A stretch of DNA of 64,000 nt, taken from assembly GCA_028534125.1 (NCBI GenBank), contig CM052817.1, positions 89,282,001-89,346,000 on the forward strand, read 5' to 3'. This DNA comes from Lama glama. Its lineage: Eukaryota. Below, in pieces: positions 23,446 through 38,229 of the stretch; the stretch's first letter is position 1; each line of letters begins with the position of its first letter. Both the position numbers and the translations under genes were made by a program. The notes beneath the pieces are model-generated. The model did not search any database, was not told the DNA's origin, and was given only the letters and a program-made list of their open reading frames with translations.

Positions 23446-24919
23446 TTTAATTTAATTAGCTAGAGGTCATATTCTAATGTACTTGACATCTACATTCTAT
23501 TTCATTCCCATTTAGAGTTAGGAAAAGTCATTCACTAATCATAAGGTTATTATTAAAACTTGTTTATAATTCAAAGGAGGCAAATGTTAATCAGACAAAT
23601 TAAAAATGCCACAAATTAGAAATAGCAACACTTTCCTTCTGGGGTAAGCATGCATGGCATATGGGAATTTAGTGTTAGATAGATGACTGTAGTAATAACG
23701 ATAGATAATTAAATTCATGTGTTCAAGTGGCCTCATTTTTATCTGAATGTGTGTGCACATGAATACAGAAAATAAGCAGTTTAAGATTAATATTTTCCTG
23801 TTTATAAGTTACAATTTGTTAACATAAATTATATTTGTCATAGTCCAATAAAAATACAATATAAATTCAAGTTGTATGTCATTATTATTGCATAGATTCA
23901 CAAATATAAAGAGAAGTAATATATCACCTCTTTCCTACTATAAAATCAACTTATATACATAAAGTCTCTTGTGAAATATCTTTATAAGGAAATATGTTGC
24001 CTTAAGAGCCCATTCTAAAATTGATTACTCCATATATTCTTATTTAAATAAATTATCACAAATAGGCCATTTTAAATAGAATTACTTACAAGTATATTCT
24101 CCCACTGGAGCTAAAAATGAAAAGACCATTTTTCCAAAAGCTTTTTTTTTTTTTCCAATGGATAGTTTGTTTAAAATAACCTATCATACCTCAATGAGGT
24201 AAATTTATTCAACATTGTTTACAGTGCTCTTTAACTTCACCTAATTGTTAAGATTGTTCTATAAATAGTTATGCAATGGTTTTGCTACACACTGTTTAAT
24301 TTGCTTCAAAGTATGTGTTAATATACTACTCTCCAATGCAAAGAATTTAAAGTTGTCTTTAATGCAGGTTAATTTACAAATTTCACATTTTTAATTTTTT
24401 GCTTTTTTTAAGATTTAATAAAAATAATAAATTAGAAACCTTTCAAATGATAAGAGAAAACTATTTTTATGCTCTGTAAATTTTGTGAATGTTACATATT
24501 GTTAAAGTGTACCATAAAGAGGCAATATCTACCATCTGTTTCTATTAAAATAATATTTTAATTTGTTTTAAAATAGAGAACTGGTGAAAAATAAGACTCC
24601 ATTAGTTAGTAGCACCTGAAAGCATCTTTTTATGTGGAGAGCACCACACTTTTAACACATGTATTCTTAAATTGACTAAAAAAGATGTATAATGACCATC
24701 AAAGGGTCCCTTAACAAAGAATAGCAAATTTTAATAGTGACAAATCATTACAATTTAAGACGACAAAGTATGCATAAATTATTTTTATTCATACTCAATT
24801 TTTATGAGACAATTATATGAAATGGGTTTTTAATATTCATAAGTTAAACAGAAGCAAATACGAGAGTGAGTGAAGCAATTCTCTTCTGGAAGAGAGCTAA
24901 GGGAATCAGGTAACTACAA

Positions 24920-25160
24920 AAAATAGGCTCTGAAGATTGGTCCTGAGCATGAACTCCAGTGCCCTACTGTCTTTGGGTGTATCTTCTGGCTCAGCTACTG
25001 ACTCTAACCTGGTCAAGATTTCTCATTTTTGCATAACTTTTTCAAGTGTAAAATGGGAGTCATAACAGAATTGACCTTCTAGAATTTCTCTGAGCATTAA
25101 AATTATAGGCTTTAAAGCAGTGCACATAAGAAGTGCTGAATATGTTTAACTGTTGTTATT
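24920..25160 (+). mobile_element. MIR fragment
   Basis: 'ttttcaagtgtaaaatgggagtcataacag...tgagcattaaa...gcacataagaagtgctgaatatg'. Confidence 0.65.
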
Positions 25161-25539
25161 GGCCGTTACTTCCTTGATACTAAATTTAAATTATCAGCCA
25201 TGCATAAACTTGTTGTTCTGTTTCCAGTGAGAAGTAGCCAAAAGCCATGATGGGTGAATTAATAATAAAATGCATTGCTGAAGGAAACTGTGTACTAGAA
25301 ATACAGGAAGACCCATGTAGAAGAAATAAATAAAATAATTAAGAAAGAAAAAACAATAGAGATAATTGCATTTTTCTCCAACTCTATTTCCCAGGTGGTG
25401 GGGAGGTGAGGGGAGTCGGGGTGGGGATGGGAGTGGTTAGGCCTGGATTAAAGGCCACATGGTGAGTACCACGAGTTCCTCTTTTCGTTAGATGAACTAA
25501 AGTTTCTATATAAAACTACTACGTGGATATTTAACATTT

Positions 25540-27645
25540 TTCTCGAAAACATTTTTTGTAGAGGGCCCAAAGTATTTCATCTATTGCCTGTTTTCTTTCA
25601 ATGTAAACTTTTTCTTTTTTTGACAGCATCCTTGTTTTTTGGCCCAGTAAGATGTTTCAGCTAATCTATATTTCCTCATGCAGCTTTTGCTGCTCTTTTT
25701 TATCAGTGAAAGGTATTTAGAGAAGTCACAATCCAGATGCCACTCAGTGGTGGCCACTTCTTGGGCTTTTCAAGAGACAGAGCTAGCAAAAATTTACTTT
25801 AGAAACAAAACAAATGTATGTATTCATAATGTATCTCCAATTTAAATTTTCTACCACAGGATATTTATCTGATCTGTTTTCCTTTAAATGTATGTTTATT
25901 TTCTCTTTTACTGAAATTTTGGTTTCAAGATAAGTTAATGTTATTACTTTTTGCTTTATTCAACTATAAATAAATTAGTTTCAATGTAATAACACCAGCA
26001 TTGCTAATAAAATAAGAAAGCTGAATGAATTTCAAGCATTCTTTGCAATTCAGCTTTTCCTTGAAAAATATTATTTCTCTAAGTTTGAAAAGAAAAATCT
26101 AACATGTTATGAATTAACCTTAAGAGAAAATACATTTTAAATCAACCATGATATATAATTAGTTTCATTAGTTTTGATTTTAGGAAATTTTTACTTTCTG
26201 ATTCAGTTTTATTTGATTATGTAAGAATATGAAAAGGTTGCAAATTACAATCTATGTAACAAGATATTTGGATAAAAGCTTGCCTTTACTCCTGTCTCCC
26301 CCATTTTTACTTTTTCTCTCCATAGAGATAACTGGAAAGAAATTATATACACTATTCAATATTGTGCCTTTTTCACACATAAGTACAGGCATACCTCAGA
26401 GATACTGTGAGTTTGGTTCCAGACCAGTGCAATAAAGTAAATATTGAAATAAAGCAAATCACAGGAACTTTTTGGTTTCTCAGTGCATATAAAAGTTATC
26501 TTTACACTATACTGTAGTCTATTAAGCATGCAATAGTACTATGTCTGAAAAATAATGTATGTACCTTAATTAAAAATTGCTTTATTACCAAAAATTTCTA
26601 ACCATCATCTGAGCCTTCAGTGAGTTGTAGCAGAAACATCAGAGATCACTGAACACGGATCACCTTCACAAATATAATAATAATGAGAAAGCTTGAAATA
26701 TTGCAAAAATTACCAAAATGTGGCAGACAATAAGCAACAAGGACCGTTGGGAAAAAATGGCACCAAAAGACTTGCTTGATACAAGGTTGCCACATTCAGT
26801 TTTCTTTAAAAAATGTAGTTATCTCTAAAATGCAATAAAATGAAGTATGTCTGTATATCATAAAAATCACATTATACCACTGTATAAAGATTATATGTAT
26901 TCTTTCTTAGGGTTACAGGGTGTCCTACTGCATTATATACAGGATTTAATGAACGCCGTTTCCTACTGAAGGACACTAAGTTGTTTTCAGTACTTTGCTC
27001 TTAAGAATATCACAATGGGTTTAAGTCATTTAATATGTTTGTCAGTGTATCTTGGTGATAGATTCCTGAAGTGGAATCATAGGGTACATTCAGTGTGTCA
27101 TTTTGCTGTTGTTACTGACTGTTCCTCCATACCTGTAATGCCTTTTTTTCCCCAGTATATATAGGCAGTATATATATGAGACTACGTTTCTCCACAGCTT
27201 CATTAACAAAATATTTTGTCATGCTTTTAGAATTTTACCAATCTGATGAGATAGAGATGTTTGTTCTTCCCTTATTATGTGTGAGAAGGAGCAATTTTTT
27301 ATATGTTAAAGAATTTTTTTCTCAGTGAATATATTGTTTATCTCTAGTTTATATCATTTATTTATTATGCTATAGGTTGCTCTTTATTCCTTAATATTGA
27401 TAGGAATATAAACTCTTTGTCTTATAAATTGAAAATATTATTTCCCAGTTGCTGTTTGGTTTTGACTAACCTTATTGTGCTTTTCTTATCATTTTATCCC
27501 ATTAAGAACTTCACACCAATTTTCTTCTAGTTCATATATATTTCTGTTTCTTACATTTTGTTCTCTAATCAATTTGGAATTTATCCTAGAGTGGGAAGGG
27601 AAAAAAATCCATCTTATCTTTTATCAAATAGCTATCCAGTTGTCA
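25540..27645 (-). mobile_element. Ancient L1 3' region (L1MC/L1ME type), antisense, interrupted by Tigger
   Basis: 'tcctactgaaggacactaagttgttttcagtactttgct', 'gatagattcctgaagtggaatc' and 'agctatccagttgtc' are antisense L1 3' UTR/ORF2 motifs. Confidence 0.65.
26386..26853 (-). mobile_element. Non-autonomous internally deleted Tigger1 (TcMar-Tigger; Tigger1a-like)
   Basis: Terminal inverted repeats CAGGCATACCTC...GAAGTATGTCTG, TA target duplications, and internal sequence matching both Tigger1 ends. Confidence 0.9.
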
Positions 27646-30600
27646 TGAGATTTAAGGTCTTTTTTTTTAAAATAAATATCTAAAATATGGAGTTCTTTTA
27701 TTTCTGGCATATATCATAGAAATATGTTCTCCAATTAAGGTTACCTTACAGTAAAATGAGAGAACTATACTATAGACAGAAGAGAAATAATCTCTTTTGC
27801 AGAATTCTTTTAGATGTTAGAATTTTTGAAATTTTAAAGTCTTTAAAAACATAGATAACAATTTTTAGTGACCTACTTTTATCAAATCTTTACAAATACA
27901 CTCTTTAGAAAAGTAATGAGATCATGTATTATTTTCTTCTATTGTATCCTTTTCTATAATATTTAGTAAATTTTTTATAATAACAATAAGTAATTTTGGC
28001 ATAAAGGGTTTTGGAAATAAACAACTGGTTCATGGCATTAAAAATCAGGCAGTTTGTTACGAGGGGTGAGCATTCTATAGCATGAGTCAGCGTTTGTATG
28101 GAGTCAACAGAGTGTATCAGTTAAACCATATAATTGTTTAGGAAGAAATTACTTAAAGTAGCTTCTACTGTACACAGATTCCAGGAGTCTCAAAAGTGGA
28201 AAATTTACTTCTGAAATAAATAAGCTCCTCTGATTTCCAACACTAGAAGTTTTGCTCAACAAGTATTCAGAACACTTTCCTTTGATATATTAATTAATTT
28301 AAGTAATTAATTAAAACACAGGTAGAAGTCAATTTTTCCAGAACTATATTTTAGAAACAGTTTTAGAATATATATAAAACAAAACTTTCAATAAAAACAG
28401 GAAAAAAATTAAAAGTTATAAGCACTGAGAAAGATTCTCTATAGGTTTTTGCTAATACAGTCTTTAAAGCTTTTAAGGCATTGGAAATCATTTAGGCCTC
28501 ATTCCTAAAGTGAATTTAATTTCTTAGAAAAGTCAGATCTGAATTAATATTTCATATCTAATTAATCTTTAGTCTTTTTGCTCATGTTGATAAATTTAAT
28601 ATTCAAATGTATCACCATTCCATTCTATATTATTTCAGGCAAAATTTAATGCAGCTACATCTCCCTGTCAACCTCATCTCACTTTACTGCCCAACAATGA
28701 TACCCTTTTCTACCCTGGCTGGTCTTACTTTCCTACCCAGAACAAGAGACTACATTGATCACCTTCTCCCTGACCTTCTTAAATTATCTGCTGATGGATG
28801 ATACACTTAACTCCAGTATTTACAGATTAGTATATGAATTCAAGTCTTCTTTTCCCAGCAAAACAATGAAGTCTTTTAGCAGAAGAATTATAACAAAACT
28901 TTCTATTATAGTCACACACTGGTATAAATTTAAAGTGTATGATATTGGAGGGTATAAATAATTGTGAATCTCTTATTTCTTTAGTTTCAGTTTTCTAATA
29001 ACAATTTTTTAAAACCACCACAAAATCTATGGATTTATATGAAGTATTAATGCTCCTATTAGTATTCTGAAGAAAATAACTAAAGTGAAAAATCAATCTT
29101 AAACATCCTGGATGTTTAGTCAAAGTAATGACTGTCTTCTTTTTTTGAAAAAAAGTACAGAATTTGTGCTTTACATACAGTTGAATAAAGTGGGTACTAT
29201 ATGCTTTGCTTTACTGATTATTTTAATATTATTATCTAGCTTAAACTGCATTCTAATATTTTGATTGTAGAATTGACTTCTATTTTCTTTACTAATTTTT
29301 GATATGTTTAATAATACTTGTTTTCATAAGAAGACATATAAACTATCATGAAATGAAGATTATAATTATATATTAATAAATATGAGCAGACAAATGAAAA
29401 CAAGAGCCTTTATGTACTGCTATTTATAAACTGCTTATAATTTGATATTATTGAAAGACTCTTCTCCCCTCCATACAAAATTGTGATTAAAGCCAAAGAA
29501 GCTATTACATAAAATATATGATCTAGATACAAGTATGCTTAAGTAAATTATCAGAACCTGTGAAGATTAGTTATAATGTCAGTTTTTCTTTTCTTTTTCA
29601 CATTGCCTATGTGAAAAAAAGTAGAAAAGACTTTTTGACATATTTAGTATATATAACAAAGTATGTTATGTATCATAAAGCAAAAGGAAATGTGTTGCTA
29701 TTGTATAATTTAGCTTGTGCAGATTACCTTTCTCATACTCGGGATTCATTTTTAAGTGTAACTATATATTTAGTTATAACTAATCTAATAGCTAAAAATA
29801 TTTTCTTCAGTTTGTAGCTAGGTAAATACGTATTTGCCATGGTGCCTAAATCATGTCCCTGGTAGTAAGTAAATTGTGTAGCCATTGATATTCTACACAA
29901 TATTTGACGTTCTCCAATAACTTGAAAAGTATTTTAAGTAGAATGGACATATGATATGCAAAAAAAGTATACATATTCATTAGGTTCAGGAAATAATATA
30001 GCAAGTGTGTGTGGGCAACAGTGAGTGTTATTATGATGATTTTGCATTTTCACACTGTTTAAAACAGCCCTCAGTAATTTTATACACCCTTGGAAACAAT
30101 AGTGATCCTTCTAGGACTTGAGACAATCAAATTCATTGAGAGATGATTTCTTACCTATTTTTATTCCATTAACTCTGATAATTTGTGTTGCTTCCAAAGA
30201 TGCAACTTACAAGCATGAAACACTAGGAAAAATGAAAGAGTCACACCTAGGGATTAAAGATCACAGAGCATGAGTTCACTATGCACTCCATAGCCTCTCT
30301 GTCACTTTCCAGAAGAAATATCAAAAGAAAATGACTTTTAAGATACATCTTATTTGGGAAAAGAAGTCGCAAAGTTACAGCATAAGACTGAGTCTATGTG
30401 ATCCAGAGGGGCTTCAGTCTACCCTACTAAAAATGTGTTTAATTTTATTGGAGAAGTATTAGGAAATAAATATATTTGTAAATATCACTGTTTGTATTTC
30501 TTCTTCACCTCCCCTGACTCTCTCTGTTTAAAGCAACATTGAGAGGATAGGTACTAAATCCAATGGAAAAGGGCAGGGAGGTGGCAACAAGCAAGTGGGT

Positions 30601-31859
30601 TCAAGGCTGGGACAATCCCCAATCACTAGACAAAGGGTATTATTGCCTGGGGGGATTTTGTTCAATGAATGATCATGTATGGTTTGACTTACCATCTGGA
30701 ATAATTACAGAATACTCATTAAAATGACATTAATCTGTTTAATTTTTAGAGAAAATAAATACATATATTTTAATATATAAAAAAGTTAAATACAACTTAC
30801 CACTGTTCCACAGACTACTAAATAAAAACACTAAGTAGTCATTTAAATGTATTCGATTACTATAATGACCTTGTTAAAAGATTATTCTTTATTTTATACA
30901 GATGAAAAATATTAAGTAGTGGAGCTAGAATTCTAAAGTTTATACCATTCCATTATACCACTTTACATCTCTATTTTTCATATGTAATACACAAAGGCTA
31001 TATACAAAACCACTGAAAAAGCAGATAAGCTATGGGGATAGGTTCAGCCTTGTTTTTGTCAATATGTTCTTTGCTAAATTCCAACCAAAAGCCATCATGT
31101 TAAACATTTTTTTCCTTGAAAACAATACTTTAAAAAAATGCTACTTGACACTGAGTAGGCAACTTAAAATTAGATAAAAGTATATAAAAATAATCATGCC
31201 CCTTTTGAAAAATTAAAGCAATAAGAAAGTCCTCTGTCAAATGCAACTGACACATTGAGGCTTCTTCTGCACTGTGGTGGCATATAAGCTGCCAATATAC
31301 AAATATATCTAGCTATAAATATAGGTAACCTTTCTATGACTATATATTATTTTGGATAATATGATATATTAAGCATGAAATTTAGATTTTGCAGATGAGG
31401 AATCTAATCACCCATGGCAGCTGTCATATTTAGAGCAGCATATGAGAGGTGGGAGAAATGTATAAATGTCAGGGAAGGGAAAGTCCTTTTAAGTATCAAG
31501 ATTTCTCCAACAGATGGCTTGATAGCTTATTTTTTATATTCTATGAGTTCTAATTTTCACCATAGTAAATATATTTTAACAATGCCTCATAAGTCAGATT
31601 AATTTGTTGGAGAAATCAAATAATGGGAAATAGGTTTACAAAATTATAAATATAGAACTGAAGAGTATTCTTCTTAGTTGTATGTCATAATGATGGTCAA
31701 TAGTTCAAACTGAACTTCTATCCTATGAGATGCTGTAGATAGAAGATTTGGGGAAAAGGGAGGATGAAGATCAAGGGAAACATAAAAAATGACTATCAAA
31801 AAAGCTGGTTTGCTGAAGGAGCTCTCAATGACAAAAGCTAGAATGACCCAGGTTAGAAA

Positions 31860-32250
31860 ATTAATCAGGCAGTTCTGGATTATAACCCGAAATATAAAAG
31901 AAATAGTCACAAGTCCATATTGACATTAAGTGATTGAGTAAGTAAATCAATGGACAAATCTCTTGTACAAAAGAATGACAAAGAGTATATGTAAATAGTG
32001 TACCTTACAGGAGGTGGATCTTAATTCCTGTCACCAGCCCCTGTGGTCCCCTGTACACCCTGTCCCCCACCCCCTACCCCCAGGGTGTTCTACACTTAGT
32101 GACTTGCCTCTAAAAATACAGTAAAGAAGGAAAAAATAGTAACATTAGAATGAAGGAAACTGGCAAACACCACCTTAACCAACTGGTGACTATTTTAATG
32201 AGATCGTGAGGATATTAAGACCCTTGTGACAGATGCAGTGAGAAATATAT
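31860..32250 (+). mobile_element. L1MC/L1MD 3' UTR fragment
   Basis: 'ctggattataacccgaaatataaaag...acacttagtgacttgc...ggaaactggcaaacaccaccttaacc'; homologous to 34950-35250. Confidence 0.7.
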
Positions 32251-32809
32251 GAGGTAAAGCAAATAAAGCCAAATATCAAAAATTATTAAATCTGTGGATT
32301 AGAATTTGTCTTTAAGTCAATTTTTTAAAAATATTGGAGGTAAGCGTGACATTGACTCTTCTTAGAATCTCATCTTTTTAGTGTGAAGGCAAGTGAGCTA
32401 ACAGCCAAAAAAATAAGAATAGTAAAATGCAGAATTCTGAAAGAAATAAAGTAGGATAATGGGAGTCTTTAGTAAAGATGGACAAATCAATCAGGTATTA
32501 GAATACTAGATTTGTCTATATTTTGGCCTTTTGAAGTTCACTAGCCTGGAAAGTTAAAGTTATAGATAGCAATGAAAACCAACTATACCTACTTTAGTTT
32601 AATTTCATCTGCATATATTCAGAAGTTCTTTACAGAGGTCACAGTGGCCATGGAGACTGACACTCCAATATCCATAATTGTTCAAAAAATAGAAAGGAGC
32701 TTCATAGTGATTGTTAGAAAAGGTGTTCCTTGCACTGACACTGGGTGTGCTTTCTCCACTATCTCCTTGGCAATTAGTTTGCCCAAAAGCTCCAATCCTC
32801 TATTACTGT

Positions 32810-33870
32810 TTATTCATTTACTCAGCAAACATTTATCAATCATACCCAATATGCCCAACTTTGCAATTAACACTAGAATGAATTTCATTGGTTTCCCTCA
32901 GTTATAATACACAGATAATAAATACAGATTGTCTAAATCTAGGAGAGCTGTAATAGAGTTAGGCACATAGTGAGAACTCTGGAAGCCCAGAGAAAGTGTT
33001 CATTCCCTCAAATTTCACAGGTAGGTGGGTCTTAGTAGGTAAGTAGAACTAAGTCTTAACAGTTTAGTGAGTGAACCACAAGTATAAGGAAAATTAACAA
33101 AGGCATGGAGAGGGAAGAGCATTCCAGACAAAGGAAATACTAAGTCAAAAAGCACTGAGGCAGGAGAAGCATAATTCATTTTATGAAATTTACGTGTTTC
33201 CAGACAATTGAAGTCAAGTATTCATGTCAAGAGTATAAGGGATATGGTTGGAACTAGCTGAGTGTCTTATTTGCTATGATTTAAAAAAAAAAAAGGAAAT
33301 GACAAAGGAAGGAGAGAAAGAAAGAAAGAGAAGTTAACTTTGTCCTGAAGACAATGCAATAGAGTATTATGATTACTTTATATATATTTGGAAATGATGA
33401 AACTGGCAGTAGTGCAGAGAATAAATTAGGGAAGTTATAACTGAAGGCACGAAAGGGAACTGAGAGTCTGTGTGCTAATCTAAACAAGCTTCCCTAACAG
33501 TAATAGTAAAATAAAAGCATAAAATTTAAGAGACATTAGAGAAGGAGAATTAACTGGACCTTTTAATCACTGGAGTAGGGAGTGGAAAAAGCAAGAAGGT
33601 GTTAAGCCTGGGTCCCCTGCTTCCTGCTTGAGGGGTAGGTGGACAGGGAGGACAGGCACCATGGTATAGGACACAGGGAGAGAAAAAAAGGGAGACAGAG
33701 AATTTGAGCAAAGCTTGGACATAGTAATTTTTCGATGCCTATGGAACACCTGAATAACTGTATCATATATAAAAATCTCAATTTTAAGTTTTTGGGAAGT
33801 GATTTAGACTAGACATACATATTCATTAATAGTAAATATACAAGTGTGTATTTAAATCATGGGACAAGAT
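32810..33870 (-). mobile_element. L2 3' region, antisense
   Basis: 'ttattcatttactcagcaaacatttat' terminus and 'gggaagagcattccagacaaaggaaatac'. Confidence 0.7.
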
Positions 33871-34696
33871 GAGTGTTAAAATTAGAGAGTTTAAGAGTCA
33901 TTCTTTCTACTCAGCAGTGTTCTAACCAAGAGCTAATTGAAGGACCCAAACTGGGATTAAAGTATCCATTTTATAAATGGGCCAAGTAGATGCTCCAAAT
34001 CCCAAGATGTAGGGCTACTTAGTGAGGTTAGAAATGAGAATACAAGTGGGCCTGGATGAGAATAGAAACCTCAAAGGACTTGTCTACTGTTAGAAGTTAC
34101 ACATTAAGTCCTAGGCTGAAAAGCTGGAGCACAGCAAAGGAGGACTTGTTGGAACATCCAGAGGCATCTCAGCACGGAGACCAGAATTCCAAGACAAGCA
34201 CCCTATGTCAGCACAGGTGGTGGAAAGAATAATAGAAGACATGTCAGGAATGCAGTCTCAATATCTCAGCTCTGCCTTATGTAAAACATAACCTAATAGA
34301 TACCAAGCTCTCACTCATCTCCTACTACAGTCTGTTTGCAAGTAGACAGGTATAGAGGGGAATTAAGTGCCTTGTTTAGAAACTGTCTGATTAAGGGATG
34401 AACAGGAGAAACCTTGATACGACTTCCTCTTAATGGAGAAGGTAGCCCCATCTCCATATTTGCTGAATTGTGAATACAAGAGGATAATTGGTGTCCTCTA
34501 ATGGGAAGGTCACTCAGAAGAGGCTATGAATGCAGGAGAAGAAGAGTAAGGATAAATATCCAGAGAACAGAAAAAACGAGGGCGGGGGGAGGAAGTGGGG
34601 GGTAGGCAGAAGGAAAGGGAACTATAAAAAAATGGAGAGGAAACAACAAAAAAGGGAAGAAACAATGAAAAAAATAAAGGATGCCACAACTAGCAC

Positions 34697-35690
34697 CCAG
34701 ATCTGGTTTCTAATACCATTTTCCAGTATCAGGAAACAAGGCCTCTTGAACTAGATCAGGCCCTCGATCTAGGACAGGAAAGATACACAATGAATTTGGA
34801 GCATCTTCATAGTGCCACAAAGTAAGGGCATGCTCACAAAAGAGGAAGAAAACGAAAACACAATGATGGGGATACACCAAAGGGACACAGGAGTCAACTG
34901 AAAGAACTCCAAAGGACCAAAGCTGGAACAATTTAAGCAACAAAATAAAGAAAGTTGTACTGGATTATAACTCAAAAGTATAAAAATAAATATCCATGAG
35001 TCCATACTGAGATAAATAAATTATTAAATAAATAAATAATATGGGAAAATAGACAACATTCCTGTGCATAAGAATTACAAATAATATATGTAGATACTCT
35101 GTCTTCAGGATGCAGAACATGACTCCCCGCTCTAAGTGTGGTCTGCGCACAGTGACTGACTCCTAACCTGCAGTTACTCTCCTCTCCTGGGGAGACAGTA
35201 ACTTTATAGTAATGTTAACCTTGATCAATGTTAAGATCAACAGTGATAAATTATGTTGCTAATATGCACCCTTGATATAATGTGATGAGAATGGCACTTT
35301 ACCTCTATGATCTCCCTCCAAAAACCTATAACCTTAATCTAGTCATAAGACAAACAGCAGACCAATCCCAAATTGAGGAATATTTTACAATATAGCAAAG
35401 CAGTACTCCTCCAAACTGGTAAGGTCTCAAAACACAAGGAAATTCTGAGAGACCGACACAACCAAGAAAAGCCTATGGAGCTATGTCAGCTCAAGTGATG
35501 TACTATACTGGATGGGATCCTGGCCCAGAACGGACTTTAATAATAAGTCAATATTATTTCACTAATTGTGACAAATACACTATACTAACTTAAGATATTA
35601 ATAATAGGGGAAATTGAGTGTGGGGCATATAAGCACCCTCTGAACTATCCTTTCAACTTTTCTGTAAATCTAAAACAAAACATTTACCCC
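34697..35690 (+). mobile_element. L1MC/L1MD 3' UTR
   Basis: 'cccagatctggtttctaataccatt', 'aaagggacacaggagtcaactgaaag', 'caacttttctgtaaatctaaaac'. Confidence 0.85.
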
Positions 35691-37395
35691 AAAAAAAGAC
35701 AGGTTAAAAACAGGGTTTTGGTTATGAGAATGGTCAAATAAAAAAATAACCACCAGAGAGTGTTTACTGAATTTGGTCAACAGGATTTCTGGGGAGATGC
35801 TATAATAGCCACATAAATGCTAGAATAAAAGGATACAGCTGTGAACTGGGGAGTAAACGATAATGTAGACAATGAGAGCAACATGTACAAAACACCTCCT
35901 TTAACTTTTTTATGATTCAGGGAGAGAAAAAAAGGAGCACGGGAGAGAAAGAGGTGTTTTATAAACCATAAATAGAAAAGAAAGCTCATTATCAGTAGCA
36001 GTTAAAACAAGCAGGGGTGAATAAATTATTGTGGGTGGAAAGTTCCCAAGACAGTATGGTGGATGATACCTAAAGCGCAGCAAAAACAATTAGCCCTGAA
36101 CAGGGAGAAAAAAACTTCTCTCTCCAAAACCATAGTTTTAGTGTCATAGGAAGGAAGACTATAGTGGTGAGTTGATATGCAGACCATCTAAGTCATACTG
36201 AGGGAGCTGAGAAGATGTACAATTTTCAAGTTCTGTGGATAGCATGATAGCTCACAAATGTCAGCTAGTAAGAGATATCCTTATACTTTGCTGCCCTAAG
36301 AAAAGAGTTGTGTGTTTCTCAGTTTATAGTTGTGAAATCTTTCTTTCCTTGAAGTCAAGGTGGTTGTTCCAGATCTCCTTCCTGATACTGGTTATTCTCT
36401 TAATTTTGAAATTTCTAAATTAAATTTTATGTTACACAATTTTCTCTACATATCCCTTATTAAGTTTTTAAGATCTATGTTGACACATTGACATTTAATT
36501 GTATGAATTAAAGTTTTTTTCTCATTATTTTATAGAAGGACACCTAAGTAATTTTAATTTTTTTCATATTACAAACAACACTAAAATGAACATTTGTGTA
36601 AATGTGTTCTGGTATACAATATAAAATCTCCCTGAGATAAATCCAAAATCACAATCTCTGTGTCCTAAAGTAGGATTAAGTTTCAGCAAGTGTCCTTTAC
36701 TTTTCCTTGGGCTAAGCTTTTAAAGTTTTGTTTTATTTTTTAACTTGCCCCATTTCAGGCACAGAGCACACTTTTGACTGACAACTTCCTAAACGTAGAT
36801 GCATTGCTAAGTATAACTGAAACTACAAAGAGAAAAAAGGGCACAATGCATGAAATTTCATGTTACAAGAGTGACTGTGACAGGTGCTAGAATACAATTA
36901 CCACATGATATGGATACCCAACAGATGCAGAGATTTTACATTCCAACCAGAGGAACAGGGTGACTTCATGAGTATTGTGGTCTTTGAACTTAACCTTAGA
37001 AGATCATGATGATTTCAACAGAAAAATGAGCTTTGAAGGAGGGGGAAGCTACTTCAAATGGAAGAAGAAAGTGCTTCAAGGCAAATGAGAGAAAAATTCT
37101 AAAGTATGTTCAAGAACAGTGAATTAATGAATTATTCTGGATGGAGCAGAAAAGTTGTAAAGAGTAGTTTTGGAAGTTTTGGAAGAAAGGTATGCTGTGT
37201 CCAGTTCATACAGGTCCTTAAATACATTGCTAAGATTATCATTTATTCTAAAAAAAATAGAGAACAATTAAAGCCATAGACTAAAGTGACCTGACTTGCA
37301 ACAGATACGCTTTGGCTCTAAATAACAGTCCCACATAAACCAACTTAACTCATCTGAAAAGATTTTAAATGTAAGTGATTCGTTATGTTACTAGG

Positions 37396-37662
37396 TTATA
37401 TGATTTCACTTATAGGTGGAAAATAAACGAACAAAGCAAACAAAACAAAAACATGTAGATACAGGGAACAGGGCCGTGGTTCCCAGAGGGGAAGGGGTGG
37501 AGGGGGTAAAATGGGTAAAGAGGGGTCAACTGTACATGATGGATGGCAACTAGATGTTTGGCGGTGTGTACACTGTAGTGCAAACAAAGTCAAAATATAA
37601 TGTATATATGAAGCTTATATAATGTGATAAACTAATTTTACCTCAATTTTAAATAAATAAAT
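37396..37662 (+). mobile_element. L1 3' end (laurasiatherian/artiodactyl type)
   Basis: 'atgatttcacttataggtggaa...aaaatgggtaaagaggggtcaactgtac...acctcaattttaaataaataa' tail. Confidence 0.8.
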
Positions 37663-37674
37663 AACCCTATTAAT

Positions 37675-38150
37675 GTGCAGCTTACAAGGTTAAAGCAGAA
37701 TAACTGCTACACATGGGGGGAAAAAAGAGCTCCTAGACATAGTGTAGACAGAGGGTTTGCAAATTCAATAGCACAGTCATTTCATCAAAGACCAGAAGCT
37801 TTCTATCAGTCTGCCTCGTCATCCCCAAGTGCAGGTGATGTTTCCCTTCATGAATGAAAAATAGCTACACCAGTTCGAAGCCTCACAGGCAGAAAGCTGA
37901 TGTCCTGTTAAAAATGGGCATTTTCAATCTTGAATCTCTTTTAGTCCATAAGCAAAACCTGTCCTAGAAGCATACAGATTTCCCATCAGGTACAATTTGC
38001 TAAAAATGAGCCACTGGCCATGACAAAAAACAATCATGCCAAGGAAATAAAACAAATACTGCCCTGGACCAGTTATGATGAAATCAAAGGCACTACAGAA
38101 AGCTGTTGTTCCTAGGGACAAGGGCTAGTAAACACCAAAGCAGCGTCGGG
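37675..38150. mobile_element. Old MaLR LTR (MLT1-like) remnant
   Basis: 'atcaaagaccagaagctttctatc...aatagctacaccagttcgaagcctcaca' resembles MLT1. Confidence 0.4.
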
Positions 38151-38229
38151 ACTTTCCCAGTAGAGGGGAAGGTGCTGGTTGTGTGCATATAAAGAAGTGT
38201 ATCCGACATAGAAGCGTATAAGATGTAGG